In this document: piece by piece, positions 9,007 through 19,020 of the stretch
Position numbering within the stretch: position 1 is the first letter of the stretch
How the letters are laid out: each line of letters begins with the position of its first letter
Source of the DNA: Myxococcota bacterium
Lineage (GTDB): Bacteria > Myxococcota_A > UBA796 > GCA-2862545
Length of the DNA stretch: 56,349 nucleotides
Assembly (NCBI GenBank): GCA_039208735.1
Contig: JBCCQY010000050.1
Coordinates: 1-56,349 of the forward strand
Direction: 5' to 3'
The notes under the pieces: model-generated
The model's database searches: none
What the model was told of the DNA's origin: nothing
Seen by the model: the letters and a program-made list of their open reading frames with translations, nothing else
Position numbers and translations under genes: made by a program

Positions 9007-12000
9007 TTGACCCAGCTGCAGACTGGCTACCTCGAGCAAGCCGAGTCGCTGCTTTCCCAAGGGCGAGCCTGGGCCGGCCTTCCCATCGATGCGCTTGGCT
9101 ATGTGCTCGCGAACGTCACGCGAGCCGGCCGATGGCTCGTGGTCCTGGATGGAGCGGACCGACTCGACCAACTTCACCGCGCGGTGCAATTCTTTTTGGA
9201 CGATGCGCGGCACGTTGAAACGTTCCCCGCCGACGATCACCGTCCCTACGACGGGTTCTCCCCCGATCCAACCTTGGTGCGGCAACGCCTCAAGACGCTT
9301 GAAAAGGTCAGACGTGGCGCGGATCTGACCGTGTTGACCACGGCTCGTGCCCTATTGCAGCGGGTGCCCGATGAAGCGGCCCGAAGCCAGGGCACCCGGA
9401 CCCTGAAGCCCGAAGACACCCTCGATCGCGACGCGTTCATCGCGTGGCTGACGGATGCCGGCTACCTCGCGACCCCCCGAGCCGATGAGGCAGGGCGATT
9501 CGCCGTTCGGGGCGATGTCGTCGACGTATGGCCGGCTAGCGCCCGCGCTCCCGTGCGCATCGACTTCTTCGACGACGAAATCGAGTCGCTCCGACGGCTC
9601 GATGGCCGCACCCTGCGCCCCAAGAAGGTAATCCGGAAGATCACATTGATCCCAGCCCGAGAAGCGCGGATCGACGAAGCGGCGGTGGAGCGAGCGCTCG
9701 ACGAGCTGGCCCGGCTGACCCAGCACCAATCCGATGGAGGCCCCCGCCGCCGACGGGTCATCGAAGAACTCAGGTCGGGCATTCGCTTCAGCGCCGTCGA
9801 AGACTACTTGCCCGCCCTGGTGAGCACGGAGCCTCCGTTGGATGCGCTCGCGGGGCTCACTCCGATCGTGGTGGTTCCGGGCGACGTCGAAGCGGCCCTC
9901 CGGGACTTCGAAGGCACGGCCAAACGCCGCTACGACCTTCTCGGACCTGACGAACGGCCCATCGTGCCCCCAGCCGAGCGCTACGTCTCCGCCCAAACCG
10001 TGATTGCCCAGCTCGAGGGGGCCCATCAGGTTCACGACTTGCCCGCGGACAGCGCCACCGACTTAGGAGCTCGGCCCATCGACGATTTGGTGGTGCGCGG
10101 GGCCGATCTCGGACCGGTCGTCAGTCGACTCGCCCACCTGGCGGACGAGGACGTCGGAGTGGCCCTGGTCGTCGACGACGAAGACCGTGAAGACCGACTG
10201 CTCCAGATGCTGGAACCCCACGGCCTCCGACCGGCACGGGCCGACGACGCGCGTGCGCTCCGCCGCGGAAAAGTCACCACCCTCATCGGCGATCTGCCTC
10301 GGGGGTTCGTGGCCAAGGACTCGGGCCTCGCCTACGTTCCCGTCCACGCGATGTTCGGCGGGGCCCAGCGACGCCGGGTGCGAGAGCGAGCCCACGCGCT
10401 CTTTGAGGGTGCCGTCCAGTCGATGGCCGACCTCAAGGTCGGCGACCCCGTGGTGCATCGGCGACACGGGGTGGGGCGCTACCTCGGCCTCGTCCGTCTC
10501 GACGTTTCCCAAGGAGTGGCCCAGGACTTCGTGAAGCTCGAGTATCGCAACGCTCAGCACATGTTCCTGCCCGTCGCGGCCCTCGATCAACTGTCGAGGT
10601 ACCGCTCGGCGAACCCCGAAGCCAAGGTCGTACTCGACAAGCTCGGTGGACAAACCTGGACCAACCGCAAGCGCAAGGTCCGCGACCATCTGTTCTCGAT
10701 GGCCCAAGACCTGCTTGCATTGTTCGCCCGTCGAGAACTCGCCACCCGGGAGCCGTATCCCGAGCCGGGCCCCCGGTACCGGGCCTTCGAAGCTCGATTT
10801 CCATACGAAGAGACGCCCGACCAAGCCGAGGCCATTGCCGCGGTCCAAGACGATCTCTCGAAGGCCTACCCCATGGACCGGCTGGTCTGTGGCGATGTGG
10901 GCTTTGGCAAGACCGAAGTGGCGATGCGAGCGGCCATGCGCGCGGTCGAGGCCGGACGCCAGGTCGCCGTTCTCGCCCCCACGACGGTGCTCGCCTATCA
11001 ACATCACCAGAGCTTCCGAGACCGTTTTGCTGCGGACCCACAGGTCGAGGTTCGGCTGCTCTCGCGGTTCGTCAGCCCCGCCGATGAGCGACAAGCCATT
11101 GCTGGCCTCAAGCAAGGCGACGTCAACATCGTGGTCGGCACAACCGCGATTTTGGGGCGCCGAGTCACCATTCCAGACCTTGGGCTTGTGGTGATCGACG
11201 AAGAGCATCGCTTCGGCGTCAAGCAGAAGGCACGGCTCAAGCGGATGCGTGCCGCCGTCGACGTCCTGGCATTGTCGGCGACCCCCATCCCACGGACCTT
11301 GCAAATGGCGATGTCTGGGGTCCGCGAGATGTCGATCATCGCCACGCCGCCCAAGAACCGGCTCGAGGTCCGCACCACGGTCGCTCGCATGACCGAATCC
11401 CGAGTCCGCGACGCCATCCTGTCCGAACTCGACCGGGGCGGTCAGGCCTTCGTCATTCACAATCGTGTCGAGACCATCGATCGCTTTGCCAACCAGCTTC
11501 GCCAATGGATGCCCGAGGTGCGATTCGCAGTCGCCCACGGGCAAATGGAGGCCGAGAACCTCGAACGGGTGATGGTCGACTTCGTAGCCCATGCGCACGA
11601 CGTGCTGATCTCGACCGCCATCGTTGAAAGCGGCATCGATCTGCCCAACGTGAACACGATGCTCGTGCATCGGGCCGACCAGTTCGGCATTGCGCAGCTC
11701 TACCAGCTGCGGGGTCGCGTCGGCCGCAGCGACCGGAGAGCCCAGTGCATCTTGCTTGTGCCCGAGACGATCACGGGCGACGCCCGACGTCGGCTCCGCG
11801 TCATCGTGGACAACCAACGCTTGGGCAGTGGGTTCTCGGTCGCTTCTGCCGATCTCGAAATCCGCGGCGGCGGCAACCTCCTCGGAAGCGCACAGTCCGG
11901 GAACATCGACCAGGTGGGCTACGAAACCTGGCTCGAATTGCTCGATGAAGCGGTCCGGGGGGCCCGGGGGGACCTCGACCGACAGCTCGTCGACCCCGAC

Positions 12001-12429
12001 ATCGAAGTACCCGCCGATGCCTTCCTCCCCGATGACTACGTGCCAGATGAGGTGCGTCTGGGCTGGTACAAGCGGTTTTCGAACGCCACGACGCCCAGCG
12101 CGATCGAACGCATCCTCGATGACCTCACAACGGAGTTCGGAGAACCGCCCGATGCGGCTCGAAACCTTGGCCAACTGATGGCCGCCCGCATTCTGGCGCG
12201 GGAAGTGGGCGTCGTGCGGGCCACCGTCCTGAAGGTCAGGGTTCGACTCGACCTCCACGAAAGTTCGCCCCTCACGGAAGCCCAACTCTCCAAGGTGGTC
12301 GAACGCCATCCCAAGCGGTTTTCGGTCGACGAGCGTACCGTCTTCGTTCGCTTCACCCCGCGAGAAGGGGAGCGGCCCTACCGGTTCTTGCGGTGGGCGC
12401 TTGTCCAACTCACTCGGACCGAAGAATGA
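9007..12429 (+). CDS. mfd: Transcription-repair coupling factor
   Basis: RID domain (DPVVHRRHGVGRY), CGDVGFGKTEVA, DEEHRFG, SATPIPRTL, QLRGRVGRS, DLEIRGGGNLLG. Confidence 0.97.
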   Translation: MTQLQTGYLEQAESLLSQGRAWAGLPIDALGYVLANVTRAGRWLVVLDGADRLDQLHRAVQFFLDDARHVETFPADDHRPYDGFSPDPTLVRQRLKTLEKVRRGADLTVLTTARALLQRVPDEAARSQGTRTLKPEDTLDRDAFIAWLTDAGYLATPRADEAGRFAVRGDVVDVWPASARAPVRIDFFDDEIESLRRLDGRTLRPKKVIRKITLIPAREARIDEAAVERALDELARLTQHQSDGGPRRRRVIEELRSGIRFSAVEDYLPALVSTEPPLDALAGLTPIVVVPGDVEAALRDFEGTAKRRYDLLGPDERPIVPPAERYVSAQTVIAQLEGAHQVHDLPADSATDLGARPIDDLVVRGADLGPVVSRLAHLADEDVGVALVVDDEDREDRLLQMLEPHGLRPARADDARALRRGKVTTLIGDLPRGFVAKDSGLAYVPVHAMFGGAQRRRVRERAHALFEGAVQSMADLKVGDPVVHRRHGVGRYLGLVRLDVSQGVAQDFVKLEYRNAQHMFLPVAALDQLSRYRSANPEAKVVLDKLGGQTWTNRKRKVRDHLFSMAQDLLALFARRELATREPYPEPGPRYRAFEARFPYEETPDQAEAIAAVQDDLSKAYPMDRLVCGDVGFGKTEVAMRAAMRAVEAGRQVAVLAPTTVLAYQHHQSFRDRFAADPQVEVRLLSRFVSPADERQAIAGLKQGDVNIVVGTTAILGRRVTIPDLGLVVIDEEHRFGVKQKARLKRMRAAVDVLALSATPIPRTLQMAMSGVREMSIIATPPKNRLEVRTTVARMTESRVRDAILSELDRGGQAFVIHNRVETIDRFANQLRQWMPEVRFAVAHGQMEAENLERVMVDFVAHAHDVLISTAIVESGIDLPNVNTMLVHRADQFGIAQLYQLRGRVGRSDRRAQCILLVPETITGDARRRLRVIVDNQRLGSGFSVASADLEIRGGGNLLGSAQSGNIDQVGYETWLELLDEAVRGARGDLDRQLVDPDIEVPADAFLPDDYVPDEVRLGWYKRFSNATTPSAIERILDDLTTEFGEPPDAARNLGQLMAARILAREVGVVRATVLKVRVRLDLHESSPLTEAQLSKVVERHPKRFSVDERTVFVRFTPREGERPYRFLRWALVQLTRTEE

Positions 12430-13559
12430 ACGACGTTCGCCCAACCTATCTCGAAGTTCGCCTTCGTCAGATCGCAGCCAACTACCATGCGATCTTGACC
12501 CATACCGGCGGGGTTCCGCTCATGCCCATCCTGAAGGCCAACGCCTATGGGCATGGTCTGGTTCCCGTGGCGAGCCTCATGGAACAGCTGGGAGCCCCTT
12601 CGATTGGCCTGGCGTACCTCGAAGAGGGCATCGCCGTCCGCCAAGCTGGCGTCCAACTCCCTATTCTCGTGCTGGGCGGAATCTTGGGGGACCAGATCCC
12701 GCAGTTTCTCGAGCATGATCTGATGCTCACGGCCTCTTCGATCGACAAACTTCGTGCGATCGAAGCGTGCGCCAAAGCCCAAGGCCGACGGGCCAAGGTC
12801 CACCTGAAAATCGACACGGGGATGGAGCGCATCGGGGTGCATTGGTACTCCGCCGAGGGACTGCTCGAGGCCTCGTTGCGTTGCGAGCACGTCGACGTCA
12901 TGGGGATCTTCTCGCACCTGGCGACATCGGAAGATCCGGATCCTTCGTTTACGAAGCTCCAGACCGAACGGTTCCTCGAGGTCCTGGACTTCTACGACCG
13001 GCGCTCTGTGCCCACGCCGACCCGCCATCTCGCCAATTCAGGAGGCGTATTGAAGCACCCGGCGACCTGGTTCGACTTGGTGCGACCCGGGCTGCTGCTC
13101 TACGGCATTTCGCCCGTCGATCCAATCCCGACCATTCCGATTGCGCCGGCGCTGACCTGGGTGTCGCGGGTCGTGTACTTCAAAGTGGTGAAAGCGGGTC
13201 ACCCAGTGTCCTACGGCTCCACCTGGGCCCCCGAAGACTGGACCCGCGTGGTGACCCTGCCCCTTGGCTATGGCGACGGCTACCCGAGAGCCCTCTCGAA
13301 CCGCGCCGACGTCCTCATCCGCGGAAAGCGGTACCCGCAGCGAGGTCGGGTCTGCATGGACCAAGCGATGGTCGACATCGGGCGCGAAAGCGCCTACAAC
13401 GGCGACCGCGTCGTGGTCATGGGCCGTATGGGTAACGAGGAAATCACGGCCCACGAACTCGCGTCGCACGCGGGCACGATTCCCTACGAACTACTCACCG
13501 GCATCAATGCCCGGGTGCCGCGGGTGTACCCCGATGCGCCCCCGGGCGTGTTGCGGTGA
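12426..13559 (+). CDS. alr: Alanine racemase
   Basis: PLP-lysine motif LKANAYGHG, HLKIDTGMERIG, GYGDGYPR, GRVCMDQ; ATGA overlap with mfd. Confidence 0.95.
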   Translation: MNDVRPTYLEVRLRQIAANYHAILTHTGGVPLMPILKANAYGHGLVPVASLMEQLGAPSIGLAYLEEGIAVRQAGVQLPILVLGGILGDQIPQFLEHDLMLTASSIDKLRAIEACAKAQGRRAKVHLKIDTGMERIGVHWYSAEGLLEASLRCEHVDVMGIFSHLATSEDPDPSFTKLQTERFLEVLDFYDRRSVPTPTRHLANSGGVLKHPATWFDLVRPGLLLYGISPVDPIPTIPIAPALTWVSRVVYFKVVKAGHPVSYGSTWAPEDWTRVVTLPLGYGDGYPRALSNRADVLIRGKRYPQRGRVCMDQAMVDIGRESAYNGDRVVVMGRMGNEEITAHELASHAGTIPYELLTGINARVPRVYPDAPPGVLR

Positions 13560-14645
13560 CTACTTCTTGTCGACCTGCTTTTCTTCTTCGTCCTCGATCG
13601 GCACCTGCGTCGCCGAGAGCAACGTGTAGGTGACCTCGATCACGTCGAGCGGATCGGGGATGAAGTTCTGGAAGGTGATCGAGTTGCGGGTGGGCTCGTA
13701 GGTCCACTCCCCCGAGAGGAGGACGGGCGGATCGTAGCTGTCGTCGAAAACCGCCGGCTCGAACCGGATCTCGGTGGGCTGGGGCCCGCCTGTGTCGCGG
13801 AGCACCTTGACGTCGATGGTGTCGACCACCGGCGTCTGGGACAGGAAGTACTCCTTTTTGAGGCCCGATGCCTGAACGCCGAGACGCTCGAGCACGACCT
13901 GCCAGTTCGGATCGTCGATGTTGTACTGAACGCCACCGATCTGATCGGTCACGTTGAGGTACCGCGTTCCGGGCACGATGTTGCCGCAAATCACGGGGAA
14001 GCAAACGATCGACGAGGCGCTGCGCTGGTCGAGTTCGGGCTTCAGACCGTCGTACCAACGAACCCACTCGTTGAGACCGATGAGCGATTCGGGGGTCTGG
14101 TCATCCTCGTCCGAGATGTAGACGCTGTGGATGGCCGCGTCGGGGCGGAAGAAGCCCTGGTTACGGGGGTCATCGTTGTTCAGCTCGAGGGCCGCATAGG
14201 CCGCACCAAGTCCCCGCTCGATGGCCGAGCCACTGGAGCCGAGGCGAGCCATGCCGTCGAACACGGCCACCGCGTCAGGCACGTCGGGCGTGATGTAGCG
14301 AAGGCCATCCGACTCCTGCAGGATGCCCGCGGAGCTGGAGTTGTCGGTGTCGGTGGACACCGCACCGATGTTGTAGTCGAGGCCCGACCCCTCGAAGAAC
14401 TCCATGAACGTGGGGAAGTTCTGGGCGAGCGCATCCTGGTCATCGCCCATGGAGCAGCTGTTGTCGATAACGAACAGAATGTCGACCTCAGGCGTCGTCA
14501 CCTGGGTGATGCGATCGGTTTGCTCGACCACTTCGGGCGGACGGGCGGCCGGAGTCGACGGCGGCGGGACCTCGTCCCGAATACCGAAGTCACCATCGCA
14601 CGCCATCAACGATAGCAGGCTGATCGACGCGGTCAGAGTTCGCAT
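13560..14645 (-). CDS. vWA-like domain lipoprotein (myxobacterial type)
   Basis: Lipobox LSLMAC; MIDAS-like DILFVIDNSCSM; GSAIERGL; FFRPDA; ISDEDDQ. Confidence 0.7.
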   Translation of the reverse strand: MRTLTASISLLSLMACDGDFGIRDEVPPPSTPAARPPEVVEQTDRITQVTTPEVDILFVIDNSCSMGDDQDALAQNFPTFMEFFEGSGLDYNIGAVSTDTDNSSSAGILQESDGLRYITPDVPDAVAVFDGMARLGSSGSAIERGLGAAYAALELNNDDPRNQGFFRPDAAIHSVYISDEDDQTPESLIGLNEWVRWYDGLKPELDQRSASSIVCFPVICGNIVPGTRYLNVTDQIGGVQYNIDDPNWQVVLERLGVQASGLKKEYFLSQTPVVDTIDVKVLRDTGGPQPTEIRFEPAVFDDSYDPPVLLSGEWTYEPTRNSITFQNFIPDPLDVIEVTYTLLSATQVPIEDEEEKQVDKK

Positions 14646-14918
14646 TCTCTCTGCTCCTTTCTTGGGTTCCGGCGGTCCGAGGTTGCGATGAAAGCGCGCT
14701 TACGCTCTTTTCCAGGCGTTCTCGGGCTCCTTGCCCGAGGCATGCCCGGCGGCTTGGAGTACCTTCACTGGCGATCGCGTTACGGCGAAAACAATTTGGC
14801 AACGCCCAGGCGTACTCTCAGCATCGCACGAGTTCAAACGAGCCCTGGCGGGCTCTCCACTAGAATCCCGTTTCGATGCAACGTTCCGAGATTCGCAAAA
14901 CGAGTACCGGCCCGCGAA

Positions 14919-16733
14919 TCAACGGCGCCGACGGCTACGCCACCCCAGCAAACCGAGGATCAGAAGTCCGGCCATCGCTGGCGTGCCGCTGGCCGTGTTG
15001 CAGCCCCCGCCGCCTTGATTGGGATCGTTGGGGTCGTCGGTGCTGGATTCGTCGGGGCAGCCAAAGTCATTGACCGCCACGCCTGATTCGGTATCGGGGC
15101 AGGCGTCGCGACAGCGCACCACGCCATCTCCGTCCTCATCGTCATCCGGCGTGCCACAGCCGCAGATGCCCACCGCAACCTTGTTGGGATCACCGGGACA
15201 GAAGTCGTCGCAGTTCAGCACGCCATCCTGGTCGGTATCGACATCGGGCGAACCGCAGCCGCATTCACCAGGCTCAAGCTTGTTCGGATCGCCAGGGCAC
15301 CCGTCATTGCAGTTCAGAACCCCGTCTTCATCGGAGTCCACATCGGGCTGGCCGCAGCCACAGACGCCCGGCGACTCGGACTTCGTGGGGTCCGACGGGC
15401 AGGCGTCGATCGAGTCGGTCACGCCATCATCGTCTTCGTCGAGCTCGAGGATGGCCGTGGCGAAGTCGGGACCGCGGCCCGAGCCGTCGTCGATGCTTCC
15501 CGCCAAGGCAATCCGGCCGTCGCGGAAGTCAAACCCTTCCAAGATGGAATCACCCCCATTGTCGGGACCAATCCACTCGGACAGCAAAACGCCGTTGTCT
15601 CGGTCGAGCACCACCACCCGCCACACGGCGTTGCCACTCGACGGGTCACGCGTGGTTCCGGCCACGATCACGTCGTTGTTCTCGTCGATCGCAATGCCCG
15701 TGGCGATCTCGTCCATGCCCGAGCCCACGCCGTGGCGGGCCTCCCATTCCACATCTGCGCCACCGTCGTAGCCGGTGTCGTCGTAGGCCACGACGTACCA
15801 ATCACGGTCGTCGGCATCGCCCTTGCCCTGGTTCAGGGCGCCCGCAACGTAGACAACGCGGCGCGCCGAATCGTAGTGAGCCGCCAACGCCCGGGCGTCC
15901 TTGCCGTTGTCGGCCGTGACGAGGTGCGACCACACGAACGAATCGGGGTTGTCCTGGTCGACCGCGTAGTAGCGTACGGCCCAAGCCGGTAGGTCGAGGT
16001 TGCCCTGCTGGGTCCCGGCCAAGACGTAGTCGCCCGTGCTGTCACGAACGGCAACGGCGTACGCCTGGTCGGGGTAGTCCTCGTTGGCCCCCACATCCAC
16101 AAACAGCTGACGCGTGAACTGGCCAAGGTCGGAGTATTGGCGCATGACCCACTGGCCATTCGTGTCGCCGTTGCCTTGACCGAATCCCGCCGCGTAGACG
16201 AGCTGGTCGTTCTGGGCCACCCCAAAACAGCTGTTCTCGAGGCTTTCAGCTCCACCTGCCCGGAAATTGAACGCATAGCGCTCCTCAGGGAGGTCGCCCG
16301 TGCCCTTCGCGTTGACGTCCGATCCCACGATGCGGAACCAATGCCTGGGTTCCACGCCAACCCCGGCTCCGCCCGTCTGTCCACACCACACGTAGGCACC
16401 CGTGGTGGGATCGATCGAAACCGCTTCGAAGCGGTCGTCGGAGCCCTGGGTTCCGTCGTCGACACCCGCATCGATCGGGTCGAGTTCCCACACGGTGGTG
16501 CCGTCCGGCGCCAGGGCCAACACTTTCGCGTCGGTGGAATGGCCCACGTCCCCGTCGAGGTAGCCAACGAACACCGCGTTTCCATCATCGTCGATCGCGG
16601 CATCGAGCGCCGCATCGGCGCCGTCCGAGCCCCCTTGTCCGTCGACCGTGACGGTAAAGGCGACGTCGAAGTCGGCGAGATCGATTGCGTTGGCAGGCGG
16701 GCTCACCAACGTCAAAAGCCACGCTGTGTACAT
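14919..16733 (-). CDS. Secreted surface protein: beta-propeller-like region, thrombospondin type-3-like repeats and MYXO-CTERM sorting tail
   Basis: Signal peptide; repeated 'AxDxxGNxxxxG' blades; DxDxDGVxxxxDxCP repeats; GGGGC...LLILGLLGWRSRRRR C-terminus. Confidence 0.8.
   Translation of the reverse strand: MYTAWLLTLVSPPANAIDLADFDVAFTVTVDGQGGSDGADAALDAAIDDDGNAVFVGYLDGDVGHSTDAKVLALAPDGTTVWELDPIDAGVDDGTQGSDDRFEAVSIDPTTGAYVWCGQTGGAGVGVEPRHWFRIVGSDVNAKGTGDLPEERYAFNFRAGGAESLENSCFGVAQNDQLVYAAGFGQGNGDTNGQWVMRQYSDLGQFTRQLFVDVGANEDYPDQAYAVAVRDSTGDYVLAGTQQGNLDLPAWAVRYYAVDQDNPDSFVWSHLVTADNGKDARALAAHYDSARRVVYVAGALNQGKGDADDRDWYVVAYDDTGYDGGADVEWEARHGVGSGMDEIATGIAIDENNDVIVAGTTRDPSSGNAVWRVVVLDRDNGVLLSEWIGPDNGGDSILEGFDFRDGRIALAGSIDDGSGRGPDFATAILELDEDDDGVTDSIDACPSDPTKSESPGVCGCGQPDVDSDEDGVLNCNDGCPGDPNKLEPGECGCGSPDVDTDQDGVLNCDDFCPGDPNKVAVGICGCGTPDDDEDGDGVVRCRDACPDTESGVAVNDFGCPDESSTDDPNDPNQGGGGCNTASGTPAMAGLLILGLLGWRSRRRR
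15050..15445 (-). repeat. Coding tandem repeats (about 33 aa) of type DxDxDGVxNCxDxCPxDPxKxxPGxCGCGxPD
   Basis: Three full units and one partial unit are visible in the translation of 14919..16733. Confidence 0.8.
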
Positions 16734-16801
16734 CGTTCCTCCAGGCCGGCGCCCATAACCGACGGGCCCAAGGCCGCGCCAAAAGGAGGAGGACGCCGAA
16801 T

Positions 16802-18925
16802 TCAGCGAGCGCAGCGCACGCCCGTGACCGACATCATGCCGCGAGTGATTCCCATATCGCGCAGCGATTCACCCAAGGAACTCCGAACCGCCCGATTCAG
16901 ACCGTTCTCTCGCCATTCAAACGATGGTGCGACATCGGACTCGGCCCAATCGAGCGGTGGGGCATCCAGACCTACCAAGCCTCCACGGCCCTTGCAGTAG
17001 GCCCGCGCTGCGACGTACGTGAGGTTCACCATAGGAGAGGCGGTCGATCGCCCGGCGGGAGGCGTCGCTCCCTGCCATCCCGAAAGGTAGTCCGAGCCTT
17101 GGACCGAACCCTTTCCACCATCGGACTGCCATTCGGGGTGATCGGCCAACCAGGCAGCGAATCCCCCCGTCGTTGCAACCCCATGCGAGGTCTTCGCGCG
17201 GACGCTTGGTGGCTTGGGGGCCGGCGCCGGCGGGGGAGCCTTGTTGGGCCGGAGCACGGCGTTGACCGCCTGGCGGATGAGCCCTCCTCGCTTCGGCGCG
17301 GGCATGTCGATCGCCAATCGGTCGTCATCGACAGACCAAGGCACGACGATCTGGGTCTCGTGGACCAAGCACCGCGCTGGACAATCCCCCTCCGGCCAGC
17401 AGGCCGGCTGATCGGCAGGGCATTTCCCGGCGCGCACGGCAAGGGTCCGGGGACCGGGTCGTACCCCATCGAACCGCATGACCTTGCCCGAACGCGTTCC
17501 CGACTCCCCGTCCAACGTCACGTTCAACCGATCGTCGGCGTCATAGTTCGTGAATACGAAAGAAAACGACCGTGGTCGAGCGGGGGGCACCTCGAAGTCA
17601 AAGGCGTGGACACCGTCGCCTTTCGGCACCACCACGGGCTCGTCCCCGGCGCCGCACCATCGGGCACATGAGTCCCCAGGACAGGCCTCCACCCGGCACT
17701 CCGCCCCTCGGGCCCACCGGAGCAACACGTCATCGCCGACGGGAATGCTTTCGAACTGCCACACCGGACCTGCCACCCGCACGGGAGCCTGGCCATCGAG
17801 GGTGAGGTGCACGTCAGAAGAGGCCTCGCCCAAGGTCACGTGCACGTCGCGTGCGGCCGTCCGCGAGGTGAGCACGGTCACGACGATCAGAGCGGCCACC
17901 CCCAACAACACCAAGCCGACCGAACCCACGGCGCCAGCGATCCACCAACCCGTACGGCCGAACTGCTCGACCGTGATCCCACCCTGCTCGGACAGCCACG
18001 TGGCTGGGCTGTTGCGAGAGGGCACGGTGTGATCGGGGGGCTCGGGGATCGCCTCTGGGTTGACGATGGGCGAGGCGGCAGGCTCTGGGGCGACCTGCAC
18101 GATCGCCGCGAGGCGCTTGACGATGGCCTCGATGTCGGAGGCGCGCTGGTGCGGATCTGCGTGGGTGAGGCTCTTGATGAGTTCGCGGACCGGCTCGGGA
18201 AACGTCGACCCGGGGTCGAGAGGGCGATGGCCTTGCTTGCCGACGATCACCTGCATGGCCTGCTGACGCGCACTGCCTTGGCCCGAAACCGGAAACGCAA
18301 ACCGACCCGTCAGCATCTCGAAAAACACGACGCCAAGCGCGTAGAGATCCCATTTGCGGGGGTCAAGGGTCTCGGGATGGATCCACTCGGGCGGCGCGTA
18401 CGACACGGTGCCAAACGCCATCCCATGCTGGGTAATGCGCGTGCGATCCGTCTCGACGGCCAGCCCAAAGTCCACGAGCTTGATCTGGTGGCCATCCTGG
18501 ACCAAGAGGTTGGCGGGCTTGATGTCGCGGTGCCGAATCCCCTTTCCGTGCAGGTAGGCGATCGCCTGCGCCATCTGGTGCATCAACCGGACGGCCCGGC
18601 CGTAGTCGACGGGCCCCTCAATCAGCCAATCCTCGAGCGATTGACCTGCCACAAACTCCATTTCAAGGTACGGCGGATCGGAGTCGGTCCGCACGTTTCG
18701 CACCTTGACAATGTGCGGATGATCCAACGAATGGAGGATCTCCGCCTCGCGGACGAAGCGGGCTTCGGCCTCAGGATTGCGGCGAAGGCTGGATTCGAGG
18801 ACTTTGACGGCAGCGAGGATCCGGGGCGCATTGCGGTTGTGGCACCGGTACACGGAGCCCATGCCCCCGCTTCCAAGCTGCTTGTCGACGACCCAGATGT
18901 CGATATGGTCGCCAGGCTGATGCAC
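16802..18925 (-). CDS. Transmembrane Ser/Thr protein kinase with a Cys-rich extracytoplasmic region and a degenerate FGE/SUMF1-like C-terminal domain
   Basis: GSGGMG, AAVKVL, HRDIKPAN, DFG, YAPPE; TM segment; 'PMVNLTYVAARAYC...EW...GVRCAR'; GTG 18925 with GGAGG RBS. Confidence 0.85.
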   Translation of the reverse strand: MHQPGDHIDIWVVDKQLGSGGMGSVYRCHNRNAPRILAAVKVLESSLRRNPEAEARFVREAEILHSLDHPHIVKVRNVRTDSDPPYLEMEFVAGQSLEDWLIEGPVDYGRAVRLMHQMAQAIAYLHGKGIRHRDIKPANLLVQDGHQIKLVDFGLAVETDRTRITQHGMAFGTVSYAPPEWIHPETLDPRKWDLYALGVVFFEMLTGRFAFPVSGQGSARQQAMQVIVGKQGHRPLDPGSTFPEPVRELIKSLTHADPHQRASDIEAIVKRLAAIVQVAPEPAASPIVNPEAIPEPPDHTVPSRNSPATWLSEQGGITVEQFGRTGWWIAGAVGSVGLVLLGVAALIVVTVLTSRTAARDVHVTLGEASSDVHLTLDGQAPVRVAGPVWQFESIPVGDDVLLRWARGAECRVEACPGDSCARWCGAGDEPVVVPKGDGVHAFDFEVPPARPRSFSFVFTNYDADDRLNVTLDGESGTRSGKVMRFDGVRPGPRTLAVRAGKCPADQPACWPEGDCPARCLVHETQIVVPWSVDDDRLAIDMPAPKRGGLIRQAVNAVLRPNKAPPPAPAPKPPSVRAKTSHGVATTGGFAAWLADHPEWQSDGGKGSVQGSDYLSGWQGATPPAGRSTASPMVNLTYVAARAYCKGRGGLVGLDAPPLDWAESDVAPSFEWRENGLNRAVRSSLGESLRDMGITRGMMSVTGVRCAR

Positions 18926-19020
18926 GCCCCCTCCGCTGCCGATGAGCCCGATCCCCAACTGGCATACCATCGGTTCCGGAGCCGCCTGGTCTGATAGGTA
19001 CGCCTCGCTGCGGAGGGTGC

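Noticed and set aside
10063..12444. 793-aa minus-strand ORF
   Set aside because: Antisense shadow of mfd, expected with high-GC codon bias; no motifs
14646..14918. Intergenic hairpins (CTCGGGC/GCCCGAG, GAGCCC/GGGCTC) and a weak GG-N10-GC as ncRNA or promoter
   Set aside because: Short GC stems are expected by chance; no U-tract or recognisable RNA family
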